In this document: positions 18,436 through 28,750 of the stretch, piece by piece
How the letters are laid out: every line of letters starts with the position of its first letter
Numbering within the stretch: position 1 is the first letter of the stretch
Assembly: GCA_965218775.1 (NCBI GenBank)
Contig: CBDCLS010000004.1
Span: forward strand, 1,146,152 to 1,210,151
Direction: 5' to 3'
Source: Acidobacteriota bacterium
Lineage (GTDB): Bacteria > Acidobacteriota > UBA6911 > RPQK01 > JAJDTT01
Length of the DNA: 64,000 nt
Notes under the pieces: model-generated
Told to the model about the DNA's origin: nothing
Database searches by the model: none
Seen by the model: the letters and a program-made list of their open reading frames with translations, nothing else
Translations under genes and position numbers: made by a program

Positions 18436-18978
18436 ATGAAGATCTACACGGGTAGAGGTGACACCGGTCTGACTTCACTCTTCAGCGGGCAGCGCGTTGG
18501 AAAGGACACCCTTCGGGTCGAGGCGTATGGAACTCTAGACGAGCTGAATTCGATTCTGGGGAGTGCGTTGGCTTTCAGCCAGAATGGTGAAGTGACCGAT
18601 ATCCTGAAGGATCTTCAAGACAAGCTCTTTCGCTCCGGATCCGATCTGGCTACGATCACCGGTGAGAGGGTTCGACGTCTAGGTGAGCCGGATTGGAGGG
18701 GGCTCGAAACTACGATTGATCGGTTGGAGTCCGATCTTCCCCCCTTGAAGAACTTCATACTCCCCGGTGGTTCGCCCGCAGCTTCCTTGATTCAGGTCGG
18801 ACGCTCGGTATGCCGGCGAGCGGAGCGGTTGGCCGTGAGCCTGGCCAACCAGGAAGGCGACGTCAATCCGCATCTCATTGTTTATTTGAATCGGCTTTCG
18901 GATCTGCTTTTCGTTCTGGGACGCTACGCGAATCTCAAGGAGGGTGGGCAGGAGACCATCTGGAAGGAGGAAGCTTGA
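18436..18978 (+). CDS. pduO: PduO-type ATP:cob(I)alamin adenosyltransferase
   Basis: KIYTGRGDTG, YGTLDELNS, RRAER, YLNRLSDLLF. Confidence 0.93.
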   Translation: MKIYTGRGDTGLTSLFSGQRVGKDTLRVEAYGTLDELNSILGSALAFSQNGEVTDILKDLQDKLFRSGSDLATITGERVRRLGEPDWRGLETTIDRLESDLPPLKNFILPGGSPAASLIQVGRSVCRRAERLAVSLANQEGDVNPHLIVYLNRLSDLLFVLGRYANLKEGGQETIWKEEA

Positions 18979-19955
18979 AGACTGTGGGTATCGAGGCGTG
19001 CCCAAAGTGTAGCGGCTCGGGCTGGATAGTCCATGCCGGGGCCGAAAGGGACCAGGTGGCACGTTGTCCCGAGTGCAGTTCCAAGCTTAGGATGCAGCGA
19101 CTCCTGGCAAATGCCAAGATTCCGCCCCGCTACCTTTCCCGCGGCTTCGACGTCTACTCCATTCACCACCCCCTGCAGGGGCGTGCTCTACGTCGCTCGA
19201 TTGAATATGTGGAGGCTTTCCCAGCCGTCCCGCGGGGACTCCTCTTCTTGGGACCCTGCGGAGTAGGGAAGACCCACCTTGCGGTTGCCATTTTGAAGGC
19301 GGTTGTCCAAGCCAAAGAGGTTTCGGCAAGGTTCGTGGACGAGGCGGAATTACTGCGGCGGCTCATGTATTCCTATGGCCCCGATTCTCCCGAGACAGAA
19401 AGGGAGCTCTTGCTGCCTCTTCTTTCGGCTGACCTCGTGGTCTGGGACGACCTCGGCACGGGCAGACCCACCGAATGGGTGGCGGAGACGATCCGGACGG
19501 TCTTGAATCACCGATACACCTACAACAAGCAGACGCTTCTGACCAGTAACTGGGCCGTGAAGACGCAGGGAAGAAACCGCCTGGGCAAGGAATCGCTGAA
19601 GGAGCAAAGTCTCGCTGAACGGATTGGCCTGAGGTTATATTCCCGCGTTATGGAGATGTGTGAGTTGTTGGAAATTGACGGCCCGGATGCGCGAACTGAA
19701 ATTCACAAAGCTGGGCTGGATTTCCAGCAGGATCACAAGCAGGGCTCTACGATCAGCCTTCCCCCTGGAATTCTCCGTTGTACCAAATGCGAATCACGTC
19801 AAGTCAGGCCGGTTGACTATTCCCGCCCCCGAGGCTCGGGAGAAGGCGAACACGTTGAGATTTCCTGTCTGTGCGAGAACTGCAACGAGCACTTCCTGGC
19901 CCGCTTCTTCTCTCATAGTTCTCGGGTTGAGTATCCTGGCATCGCTGCATCTTAG
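18975..19955 (+). CDS. DnaC/IstB-like AAA+ ATPase with N- and C-terminal Zn-binding motifs
   Basis: TTG start overlapping the pduO stop after AGGAGG; CPKC/CPEC; GPCGVGKT; VVWDDLG; TSN; RLYSRVMEMC; CTKC/CENC. Confidence 0.88.
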   Translation: MKTVGIEACPKCSGSGWIVHAGAERDQVARCPECSSKLRMQRLLANAKIPPRYLSRGFDVYSIHHPLQGRALRRSIEYVEAFPAVPRGLLFLGPCGVGKTHLAVAILKAVVQAKEVSARFVDEAELLRRLMYSYGPDSPETERELLLPLLSADLVVWDDLGTGRPTEWVAETIRTVLNHRYTYNKQTLLTSNWAVKTQGRNRLGKESLKEQSLAERIGLRLYSRVMEMCELLEIDGPDARTEIHKAGLDFQQDHKQGSTISLPPGILRCTKCESRQVRPVDYSRPRGSGEGEHVEISCLCENCNEHFLARFFSHSSRVEYPGIAAS

Positions 19956-20134
19956 GGCTCGCGCAGAAATAACTTGGCATTTTGGCATCTCAGATTCACA
20001 CCATCTTCGGCCGCTCCTCAATCGCGAAATCCTCAACGTAGGCCTGGCTACGCCTGCGGTTTCGCTCAATCGTTCGCGGCCAAATCTGGCCCAAATCTGT
20101 GCGCCAATTCTCCAAGTTATTTCTGCGCGAGCCC
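19955..20134. mobile_element. MITE family 1, copy 2
   Basis: Perfect TIRs GGGCTCGCGCAGAAATAACTTGG; TTA direct repeat at 19952-19954 and 20135-20137. Confidence 0.9.
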
Positions 20135-20534
20135 TTAGTACCGTATTTTTGAACCAGTGTACTTAGCCCCTAACCCGCAACCTGCGATTTAAACCTGTAG
20201 CCCGACCGAGTTTCAGATGGGTCCTGCCCCGGCGTAGGATCATTCGAGAAGGAAACTTTGGCTATCTTCAGCAGCTGGATTCATGAGTATCGACCCATTG
20301 GCTTTCTTGAGTAGACTTTTTTGGCCCAGATGGATCTTTGTAGTGGGGAGTGGGCGCTACAGTACGTGCGCGTTGTTTTTTTTCAGACCCTGTGCATAGA
20401 ATCGGGCGGTTGCAGCATAGGCTCATGCGGGTCGAGGTAGGAAATGTGTGGGCAGGCGTCTTTGGACTGAAGAGCAGGCGTTTGTGCGTGATCCGATGTG
20501 GATCGTAGCTCCCGTCGTTTTTGAGGAGGATTAA

Positions 20535-21767
20535 ATGTCCCAGTTTAGGTTCTCGCTGGTGCTTGGTTTGGCGGCCCTGTTTCTCACGCCCGGTTACGGA
20601 GCGATCAAAAGGCTCGATGATAGGAAAGCCTTCTCAAGTGCCTCCGTTACGATTGACTTCGAAGGTCAGCTTGACGGTGCTGATGCCGGTAACCTGTTCG
20701 GCTCATGGCATCTTGCTTTTAAGGCGCCCCAGCCCGATGTCGTCAGGATCCGCACCGAGTTCCTCCTGTTTTCGAATAATGTCATCCGAAATGAGGCCTC
20801 GGGAGACTCTTCAGCTGACAGACCTCTCATCATCAATTTGGGTCATCCCTTCAAACGCGTTGGGTTCGTGCTCGGAAACGGTGGGCCCGGAGTGAGTGCC
20901 ACGGCGCGGGCCTTTGATGACCTGGGAAACCTCCTGGGTGCCGAGATCATAGATGACCTGATGGAGACAACTTTTCTTGGATTGGAGGATGACGGAACCA
21001 CAGGTATCTCGAAGGTCACCATTGATTATGGAGCCTCTGAAGCCGAGGAGCAGATCGACGATTTCATTTTCGACTATGGCTCTTCCCACGTGTTCAACAC
21101 CTATGTTTCTCAGGTGGCCGAAGCCCTCCAACTACAGACGGTGCTTGTCGTCTCGAATCTTAGCGCCACCACGGCTGATGGCGAACTGAGACTCTTTGAT
21201 ACGACCGGTGCTCCCCTTTCTCTCGACCTCAGCGGCACTACCGCCAGCGTCTTTCCATTTTCGATTGAGCCGTTTGGATCATCCACCTTTAACACCAGCG
21301 GGGTTGGTCCTGCGGTGTCGGTTGGATACGCGTGCATCGAGGCCAATGCACCGGTGGAGTCCACCGCCATATTTAGAATCTTGGATGCTGAGGGGAACGC
21401 GACCTCGGAAGCGGGAATCGGAGGATCCACCGGCAAGTACATCTCAGTGGGTGTCGTGCAGAGGCGCATCGAAGGCGACATCAACAGCGGCATAGCTGCC
21501 GTCAATATCTCCCCGGAGGCAAACAGCAGCAACATTCGGCTGCTCGATGGCAACGGAGTCGAGATCGCCTCAGACTTCGATTTTCTGGACCTGGAGGGAG
21601 GTCAGCAGAAGGCTCGGTTCTTGAACGAGATCTTTCCGGACGTCCCGGCCCAGGATCTGGATGGTACACTGGTAATCACGAGTGACAAACCACTGGCAGT
21701 CGCAATACTTCGAACCGCCGCTGGTCTTGTTATCTCCAGCCTGCCCGTAGGGAGCACACAGAAATAG
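20535..21767 (+). CDS. secreted hypothetical protein (beta-rich)
   Basis: RBS GAGGAGG, signal peptide, 410 aa. Confidence 0.85.
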   Translation: MSQFRFSLVLGLAALFLTPGYGAIKRLDDRKAFSSASVTIDFEGQLDGADAGNLFGSWHLAFKAPQPDVVRIRTEFLLFSNNVIRNEASGDSSADRPLIINLGHPFKRVGFVLGNGGPGVSATARAFDDLGNLLGAEIIDDLMETTFLGLEDDGTTGISKVTIDYGASEAEEQIDDFIFDYGSSHVFNTYVSQVAEALQLQTVLVVSNLSATTADGELRLFDTTGAPLSLDLSGTTASVFPFSIEPFGSSTFNTSGVGPAVSVGYACIEANAPVESTAIFRILDAEGNATSEAGIGGSTGKYISVGVVQRRIEGDINSGIAAVNISPEANSSNIRLLDGNGVEIASDFDFLDLEGGQQKARFLNEIFPDVPAQDLDGTLVITSDKPLAVAILRTAAGLVISSLPVGSTQK

Positions 21768-21829
21768 CGCTTCGAGAGTGGGTTGTACTTTACGATGGGT
21801 CAGCTGACTACTCCTCTGGAACGAAGGCG

Positions 21830-23179
21830 ATGAAACTCAGCTTGGGCTTGCTTCTTCGCTGCTTCAAACCGAGGTTTCGTCGACGTTGTCCATTTCACTT
21901 GAAGCTGGCGGCCCTGGTGATCTGGGGATCCATGGCTCCGGCTCAAGCAGACGAATGGGTGGGGGTCTGGAGGATTACGGCCTTCGATAACAGCCCCCGC
22001 GGCGTCACCTACCACGTCGCAATTTCAGGTGCAGAGGGGCGTAGTGTTCGAGTCTTTGACGATTCTGGAAGACCCCTGATCGTACTGAGTGCGCAGTTTG
22101 ATGAGGCGAAACTGGATCTGGTTAGCACGCGAGTTGCCAGTAAGCCGCTGCCGCTGCGCCTGGAGGTGACGCACACAGAGGGTCGACTGAAAGGCAAGTG
22201 GACTCAGATCCACCCCCAATACCCTACCGGAGGACAGCTAACCGGCTCTAGAATAGGCGCACTTTCCGGCGACTGGAAGCCCTTTGAAAAGCTGCGTAAG
22301 CGCCACCAAGGACCGTTTTTGGATGCGACCACTTTGCTCTGTGAGAGTGAGAAGTGGGAGACTTTCGAGGACTTTTCCGCATTCTGGGATCAGCAGGTAG
22401 AACCGGATTTCTACATCCTGCTCCAGGATCTGCTCTATAGCGATCGAGCGGCGCCGGGAAAAAAGGAAAAGGAGCTTGGGCGTATCTTTGCTCAGGTGAA
22501 TCAGCCGGGGGCAAAACTCGATTTTGTTCGGCGCTTTCCGGAGCTGGTCGAAAACGCCATCCGAGGGGTTACCGCTCAGTTTCCAGACTGGCAGCCGCGC
22601 TTCCACGTCGTCAGCGCCGCGGGCCCTTCTGCAGTCAGCACGAAGATCCTCTGGAGTCGACCTCTGGGCCCTGATGGAGGGTACAAGTGCTGCTCTGACG
22701 AAGTCGTCGAAGTGCTGGACGAAGTGTATCTTCTCTTCGATCCCTTCAGGTTGGCATCGAGGCCAGAAATGGCCCCGATCGTGGTGAAAAGGCAGATGTT
22801 TGCGGCCCTTCTGTGGCCCATCACTAGCTCGTCTATGAGCGGTGTCGGGCCCTCCCTAAGCTTGGAGATCTTTCGCCGCGGACTCGCTCTGCACCTTGCC
22901 TTGCAAAATGCAGGTCCAGGTTTTGCCTCTTTCCCGGGTGAAGGTTTCCCTCAGGGCGTAAGTCGGCTCAAACGAGACCTTTCCAAGCCATCCTCGGTAA
23001 TAGGGAAAAACTATTTCCCACACAGTCTCAACTTTGCACAGGGTCTGGGATACCGTTGGGGGCGCCATTTCGCCCGTTCCCTCTCACACCGTTTCAGCGT
23101 CAGCCAGTTGGCGAGGTTGGATGGGGCCCAGATCGGGAAAGAATGGACTCGATATCTCAGTCTTGCGCCTCGAGAGTAG
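21830..23179 (+). CDS. hypothetical protein, probably exported (start uncertain)
   Basis: 449-aa ORF; AxA-type cleavage site APAQA. Confidence 0.7.
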   Translation: MKLSLGLLLRCFKPRFRRRCPFHLKLAALVIWGSMAPAQADEWVGVWRITAFDNSPRGVTYHVAISGAEGRSVRVFDDSGRPLIVLSAQFDEAKLDLVSTRVASKPLPLRLEVTHTEGRLKGKWTQIHPQYPTGGQLTGSRIGALSGDWKPFEKLRKRHQGPFLDATTLLCESEKWETFEDFSAFWDQQVEPDFYILLQDLLYSDRAAPGKKEKELGRIFAQVNQPGAKLDFVRRFPELVENAIRGVTAQFPDWQPRFHVVSAAGPSAVSTKILWSRPLGPDGGYKCCSDEVVEVLDEVYLLFDPFRLASRPEMAPIVVKRQMFAALLWPITSSSMSGVGPSLSLEIFRRGLALHLALQNAGPGFASFPGEGFPQGVSRLKRDLSKPSSVIGKNYFPHSLNFAQGLGYRWGRHFARSLSHRFSVSQLARLDGAQIGKEWTRYLSLAPRE

Positions 23180-23287
23180 GTGGCAGCCGGCGACCCTTGA
23201 GGATGCATCTATTGGCGCGACCTGATTGGCCGTGATAGCTGCGGTTTCCACAGACAATTTTCCTTTTCCCGAACAGATCACAAAACC

Positions 23288-24402
23288 ATGACACTCGCAC
23301 CCGTTCAACTCACTCAAGAGCTTGTCGACATCAAGTCCGTCAGCCGCTGGAGCAACCTCGAAATCTCAGCTCTGGTCGAGGAACGGATGGTCCAAAATGG
23401 GTTTGAGACCGAGCGGCTTGAGTATGTGGACGAGAACGCTGAGAAAAAGGCAAGCATCGTTGGCAAGAAGGGGAAGGGTACTGGAGGGCTGGCATTTTTT
23501 CCCACACGGATACCGTACCCGGCCAGGAGCAGGATTGGGAGGCCTTCTCCTCAACGGTGAAGGATGGACGGATCATCGGGCGTGGTAGCTGCGATATGAA
23601 GGGACCACTGGCGGCAACCATGGTTGCCGCTGCCCAGTGTGATGCCTCGCGTCTGAGGCGGCCCGTCTTGGTGATGGCCACAGCGGATGAAGAGGTGGGA
23701 GGTCAAGGAGTCAAGCAGGTGGTGGACGAATCAGAACTCCTTCGGACCACCCAGCCCGAGTTTGGCGTCGTAGCAGAGCCGACGCGCCTCGTTCCCGTGT
23801 ACGCGCATAAAGGGGGAGCGCAAGTCTTCGTCACCGCTCACGGAAAGGCTGCCCATACGAGTATGGACCTGGGGATCTCGGCGAACTTCATCATCGCCCC
23901 TTTTCTTGCCGAGATGGCCGCTCTGGCCAAGAAGGTCAGAACCGATGAGCGATTCATGAACCACGATTTCAAGCCTCCCACGAATGGCTTCAATATGGTG
24001 ATGGATGACGGGGGCACTAAACAGAACGTCACTGCTGCCAAGACCGTCTGCCAGGTTTGCTTCAGGCCCATGCCCGGAGACAAGAGCCAGGAGTTGCTGG
24101 AGCTCATTACCGAGAAGGCAACGCAACACGGACTGGAAGTCCAATCACGTATGGGCATGCCCTACTACATCTCCCCGGAAGCATCGATCGTTCGGCTAGC
24201 TTGCGAAGTGACTGGAATGAAGGAGCCTCAAACCGTTCCATTCGGAACCGATGCCGTCAGAATAGGAGATGCTCTCGATCTGGTGGTCCTGGGACCCGGT
24301 GATATTGCCCAGGCTCACACAGTCGGCGAGTGGATCGCGGTGGACCAGCTTCACGAAGCTGTTAGAGTGTACACGGACATGATTGAGCACGCCTGCATGT
24401 GA
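23288..24402 (+). CDS. argE: M20 acetylornithine deacetylase-like amidohydrolase (frameshift at T6C3, ~23495-23503)
   Basis: Adding one base restores FFSHTDTVP; GRGSCDMKG, DEEVG, AEPT, AQAHT. Confidence 0.85.
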
Positions 24403-24489
24403 CTCCAGCCGGCTTCCCTGATGCCGTCGCGCAGTCACCTTTTGGTCCCATCAAGGTTCTTGAGCAATCCGGTCAGCATTGACGCGGTT

Positions 24490-25593
24490 TCAAACAGCCT
24501 CTTCCAGCAAGCACTCGTAGACCTGAGCGTGACCCGTTCGGTCTGAGGTGAAGACAACCCTGCGGCCATCCGGAGAAAAGCAGGGATGCGGGTGTGTGTG
24601 TTGAGGCGCGTATATCTGGACCGGACCGTCGTCATAAGGGCAGTGGGTGGTATCCCAATGGGTGCCCACATTGCTTGATCGGGAATCGCACAGTGGACGG
24701 GGCTTACCCGCTCCGTCGCTGGGATCGAAGCAGTGGAGCCCGGTGTCAGGAAAGTTCGTATCGGCAACCATCAACGAACCCTGTCGGTTGATCATCGGGT
24801 GCCAGGCGCTGAATGTAGTCACCGACCGAACGTCGCCCGAATCAATGTCAACGCCGATCACTCCATGGGGCCAGTTCACCGCCAACAGCTCACGTGACGC
24901 AGGATTCCAGGTCTCGTGCACGATCCATTCCCTGCGCTCGCTGTTGCGCCTGTAGACGAGACGGTTGTCGCTACCGTCCCGGTTGATTACCCACAACCGG
25001 TCGTCGTAAGGGCCAGCATAGCGGAGGAGGTTCGAATCGTTGGGGTGGAACTCCGGATGTCCAATCTGATCGCGTTCGAGAATCACCTGCTGACTGCCGC
25101 TTCTGGTGTCGATCAGCACGAAGTGCGTAACGTCTCCTGTCTTAACAGGAATGGCCCACCAATCGTCGTCATAGCTGAGTGCGGTGGTGCCCATGGCGGC
25201 TGCCACCATTCCCTTCTCTCGAATCTCGGCGTCCCGAAAATCGGCTAGTTGTTCTTCCCTCAGAGAATCACAGTGGACCCTCCAGGCACCCGAGTCGTCG
25301 GTGAAATACACGTGGCGTCCGTCGTGGGAGGGGGTAATAGACCACTCGCTCAGCTTGTCATGTTGGGTCAGCTGGAGTAGCCCCTGGGAGCCCCGCATCT
25401 CGGCGAAGATCTCCGGTCGGCCAGTCCGGTGAGAGATGAAGCTCAGTCTCGTCATCTCGTCATCGTAGGCCGGGATGTAGAAGAACGGATGATGATGAAT
25501 CGAGGGGTGGTTTGTCACCTGGCGGACTGCGCCATGGGCGTGTGTCTGCGCCCAGGTGCTCGATTCGGAGGGATAAACGCTTCCTTTGGCCAT
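24490..25593 (-). CDS. oligogalacturonate lyase-like beta-propeller
   Basis: HHPFFY, GHPEFHP, HETW, HPHPCFSPDG. Confidence 0.8.
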   Translation of the reverse strand: MAKGSVYPSESSTWAQTHAHGAVRQVTNHPSIHHHPFFYIPAYDDEMTRLSFISHRTGRPEIFAEMRGSQGLLQLTQHDKLSEWSITPSHDGRHVYFTDDSGAWRVHCDSLREEQLADFRDAEIREKGMVAAAMGTTALSYDDDWWAIPVKTGDVTHFVLIDTRSGSQQVILERDQIGHPEFHPNDSNLLRYAGPYDDRLWVINRDGSDNRLVYRRNSERREWIVHETWNPASRELLAVNWPHGVIGVDIDSGDVRSVTTFSAWHPMINRQGSLMVADTNFPDTGLHCFDPSDGAGKPRPLCDSRSSNVGTHWDTTHCPYDDGPVQIYAPQHTHPHPCFSPDGRRVVFTSDRTGHAQVYECLLEEAV

Positions 25594-25599
25594 GACCGG

Positions 25600-25624
25600 A
25601 CGGCGGCCTGGAGCCCACCGCTAC
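25600..25624 (-). repeat. single GTAG-type REP
   Basis: ACGGCGGCCTGGAGCCCACCGCTAC, identical to one arm of the REPIN at 43543-43619. Confidence 0.8.
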
Positions 25625-25645
25625 GAAGCCCTACCTCAAGGTCTA

Positions 25646-26671
25646 CTACCCACCGTGTTGGTCCAGCCGCAGAACCGATCGCGCATTCCGGCTGAGGATT
25701 CTATCTGTATCCAGGGGCGATAAGGACATTCCATCGATTGCCGAGAGTGTCTCTCGAATGAACCCTGGTCCCTTTTCAGGGTCGAAGGGCATGTCGGAGC
25801 CGAACATCATGCGCTCGACGCCGAAGAAGGCGGTGCCGCACTCGATGGCGGCCTGCGATCCGAAGGTTGCCGTATCGGCGTAGAACCGCCGGAAGGCGTC
25901 GAGTGGTGGTTCCTGTAGGGGAGTAGCCACCGCATCTGCCAACTCGGGTGGGTTTCGGGTCCCGAGCATCTTCAGGCCGGGCCCGAAGCGACCTTCCATC
26001 ATGGGAACCATCCCACCGGCATGATGGGTAATGACTACCAAATCGGGGTAGCGATCGAACAGTCCCGAGAACACCAGGCGAGCCATCGCCAGAGACGTTT
26101 CATAAGGCCATCCCAAGGCCCACCAGAGATCGTATTTCGATACTTCTTCGGTGGGATAGTCCGACCTGCCCATACCGCGGGCGGGATGAAGCCAGATCGG
26201 TTTCTTTACCTCTGCCATCGCCTCGAACAGTTGAAGGAACTCTGGCTGGTCCAAGGGTCGGCCGTCGACGTTGGTGAACACCTGGACGCCCACCGCTCCC
26301 AGTTCCCGCGTGGCACGTTCCGCCTCGGCCAGCGCTGCTTCGGGGTTGTTCATAGCCAAAGAGGCGACGAAGCCCAAGAAGCGATCCGGGTGAAGCTGGA
26401 CCATCTGTGCCTGGGCATCGTTGGCGATCCGGGCAAGATCCGCTGCACCTGAGGGACCGTCCACCGCCTCGATGGGTGGGGAGGCGATACTGGGGATCTG
26501 GCGGTAACCTTCGAACTGGTCCATCACAAAGAAGCGGGCTTCGAGATCCACCATGACCGGGATCTGTGCGGCACGCTCCAACATGTGCAGGTGCTGACCT
26601 GAACGGGCGAACACCGCATCGAGGAAAGGCTGCGGCAACCAATGACAGAAGACGTCAACTACATCGGGCAT
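25646..26671 (-). CDS. amidohydrolase 2 family protein (decarboxylase/hydratase-like)
   Basis: DVFCH, WLHP, HHAGG, FGSDMPF. Confidence 0.9.
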   Translation of the reverse strand: MPDVVDVFCHWLPQPFLDAVFARSGQHLHMLERAAQIPVMVDLEARFFVMDQFEGYRQIPSIASPPIEAVDGPSGAADLARIANDAQAQMVQLHPDRFLGFVASLAMNNPEAALAEAERATRELGAVGVQVFTNVDGRPLDQPEFLQLFEAMAEVKKPIWLHPARGMGRSDYPTEEVSKYDLWWALGWPYETSLAMARLVFSGLFDRYPDLVVITHHAGGMVPMMEGRFGPGLKMLGTRNPPELADAVATPLQEPPLDAFRRFYADTATFGSQAAIECGTAFFGVERMMFGSDMPFDPEKGPGFIRETLSAIDGMSLSPLDTDRILSRNARSVLRLDQHGG

Positions 26672-26674
26672 TAT

Positions 26675-27640
26675 CTAGAGGGCGTGCAGACGCTGAACGC
26701 AGTCGAAGCCAATTGCCTCCAGGTCGATTCGAATCTGTTCGACCTCCTGTCCTGAGAGCGGGCGTATCGGACGTCTGAAGTGGGTGCTGGGAAATCTCCC
26801 CAGTAGCCAGCGCGCCACCTTCATGCGTTGGTGGGCCGCAGAACCGGGTTCCCCGAAGGCATACACAATGCGCGCCAGCGGCGCCGCCACCTTCTGAGCC
26901 GCCTTGGCTCTGGCCAGGTCTCCATCCAGGGCGGCGTGGACCAGCTCAACCATCAGTTCAGGGACAAAGCCGGCGAAGCCTATCAGCGCTCCGTCACTCG
27001 CCTCCAGTAGTGTCGGTAGCAGGAACTCATCGTGGCAGGTAATGATTGAAACGCTCGGCTCGACCTTCTTGATCTGCTCGTAGTCGAACAACCAGCGGGC
27101 CATGTCGCGGGTACCCATCTTGATCGAGACGACTTGTGGGATCTGGACCATCTCGCACATTTCGTCGAGGCTGTAACCAGCCTTGGTCCAAGCCGGGTAT
27201 TGGTGGACAATGATGGGAATGTCGGCTCCTCCCGCCAGGTCCTGGAAAAAGCCGATGACGGTCTTTGAACTGCGTCCGAATCTGAGCCAGTGATGGGGAG
27301 GCATCAGCAAGATCGCATCGGCTCCGGCCTCCCGGGCTGCAAGGGCATGATCGATCGCCTCCAGGCTTCCCTCAGCGGAAACCCCTGAGATGACCTTAAT
27401 ATTGGGAGTATGCTCTCGGGCGGCCTCAGCCACGAGGGACGTTACCTGTGCCCGCTCCTGGGGACGTAGCGACATCACTTCTCCGGTGTGCCCGTTGCAG
27501 GTTACGCCTTTGATACCCGGGACGCCCGCCACCTCCGCGATGTAGGAACGGAGTCCTTCTTCGTCGATCGATTCGTCTTCATGGAAGGGACAGAGAGTCG
27601 CGGCGAAGACCCCTGCCCAGGGATGGTCGTGCCAACTCAT
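26675..27640 (-). CDS. dihydrodipicolinate synthase-family aldolase
   Basis: NGHTGE, GADAILLMPP, Schiff-base Lys in SIKMG. Confidence 0.9.
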   Translation of the reverse strand: MSWHDHPWAGVFAATLCPFHEDESIDEEGLRSYIAEVAGVPGIKGVTCNGHTGEVMSLRPQERAQVTSLVAEAAREHTPNIKVISGVSAEGSLEAIDHALAAREAGADAILLMPPHHWLRFGRSSKTVIGFFQDLAGGADIPIIVHQYPAWTKAGYSLDEMCEMVQIPQVVSIKMGTRDMARWLFDYEQIKKVEPSVSIITCHDEFLLPTLLEASDGALIGFAGFVPELMVELVHAALDGDLARAKAAQKVAAPLARIVYAFGEPGSAAHQRMKVARWLLGRFPSTHFRRPIRPLSGQEVEQIRIDLEAIGFDCVQRLHAL

Positions 27641-27667
27641 GTGGTTCGTCTCCTTCAGATCCAATAT

Positions 27668-28684
27668 TCAACGGCCCAGAAGCTGGGCAACCTTCGTCAT
27701 TGCAGCCGAGCGGGCTTTCTCTCTCACCCCGCTCAGCTTAACGGGGGCGCCGCCTCGTCGTTTGCTTTCGTCGGCGGCCTCCATGAAGATGTAGATCTCC
27801 AGGGTTTCCGAGTCGGCCACCGGAGAGGCGCCGCTGCGAAAGAACTTGACTATTTCGACCACCAGCGGTTCGTATCCGTCATAGGCTCCCGCCTTCGAGA
27901 TTCCCTCGGTGGTGAAGACCGTTCCTCCGTAACCCGCCTTCCCATCTCGAATACCCCGAAAGGTACCGATTCGTCCGCCCTCCCAGGTACCTACGAGGAG
28001 GTCAGTTCCAGACGACGTGGACCGGCTGACGCTCTGGCAGCCGGTACCCATGACCGTGAAGAGACTTTCCAATCCGTGCATGCCGTACCAGAACAGATCC
28101 GGATGGTTGGGCTCGAGAGGGCAGGGCGAGTAGGTACTGCAACCGATCACCTTTCCCCGCTTGCCAGCCCGGACTTCCTGGACGTCTTTGGCATAGCGGA
28201 GGGCAGACGAGGAGAAAATGGGAACCTGGTAGTGGCGTGCCAGTTCGAAAATGACCATCGTGTCGACCAGAGTGCCCCCTAGTGGTTTGTCTATGAAAAG
28301 CGTCTTGCCGGATCGCAGGACGGGCAAGGCTTGTTGGAGGTGTGGGCGTCCGTCGTTTGTTTCCAGCATGACGACATCCACCTTGCCCAGAAGGGCATCG
28401 ATGGAATCGACTATCTCGACCCCCATTTCGCGCATGGTCTGGGTATACCGGGGCACCCGGCTCACGCTCGACTCGATATCTCGACTGCCCTCGGGAAAGG
28501 CAGCCACCACCCGGCAGCCAAGCATTTTCGCCTTCCAGGCCGGATCGTGCATGATCTTGGTGAAACTGATGGCGTGGGAGGTATCCAATCCGATGATGCC
28601 GACCCTGAGCAGTTCTTCCGAAGGCCCTGCGGTCAACAGAGTAAGAGACGAAAGTATGAAGCAGTTGGCTAGTGTCTTCAGCAA
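27668..28684 (-). CDS. Gfo/Idh/MocA oxidoreductase with signal-like N-terminus
   Basis: GIIGLDTSH, FIDKP, SSSALRY, WYGMH. Confidence 0.9.
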   Translation of the reverse strand: MLKTLANCFILSSLTLLTAGPSEELLRVGIIGLDTSHAISFTKIMHDPAWKAKMLGCRVVAAFPEGSRDIESSVSRVPRYTQTMREMGVEIVDSIDALLGKVDVVMLETNDGRPHLQQALPVLRSGKTLFIDKPLGGTLVDTMVIFELARHYQVPIFSSSALRYAKDVQEVRAGKRGKVIGCSTYSPCPLEPNHPDLFWYGMHGLESLFTVMGTGCQSVSRSTSSGTDLLVGTWEGGRIGTFRGIRDGKAGYGGTVFTTEGISKAGAYDGYEPLVVEIVKFFRSGASPVADSETLEIYIFMEAADESKRRGGAPVKLSGVREKARSAAMTKVAQLLGR

Positions 28685-28750
28685 ATGAAAACCTCGCTTT
28701 CTCTGGTTTCCCTTTATCGCAACGTTATGAGAATCAAGGTCGTACCGCGA

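Noticed and set aside
18975-19955. IS21 element (IstB)
   Set aside because: No IstA transposase and no IS21-type ends; the gene is coupled to pduO.
18084-20166. Paralogous-looking ORFs sharing HHLRPLLNREILNVGL (18084-18413 and 19660-20166)
   Set aside because: Similarity comes from the MITE sequence, not from real genes.
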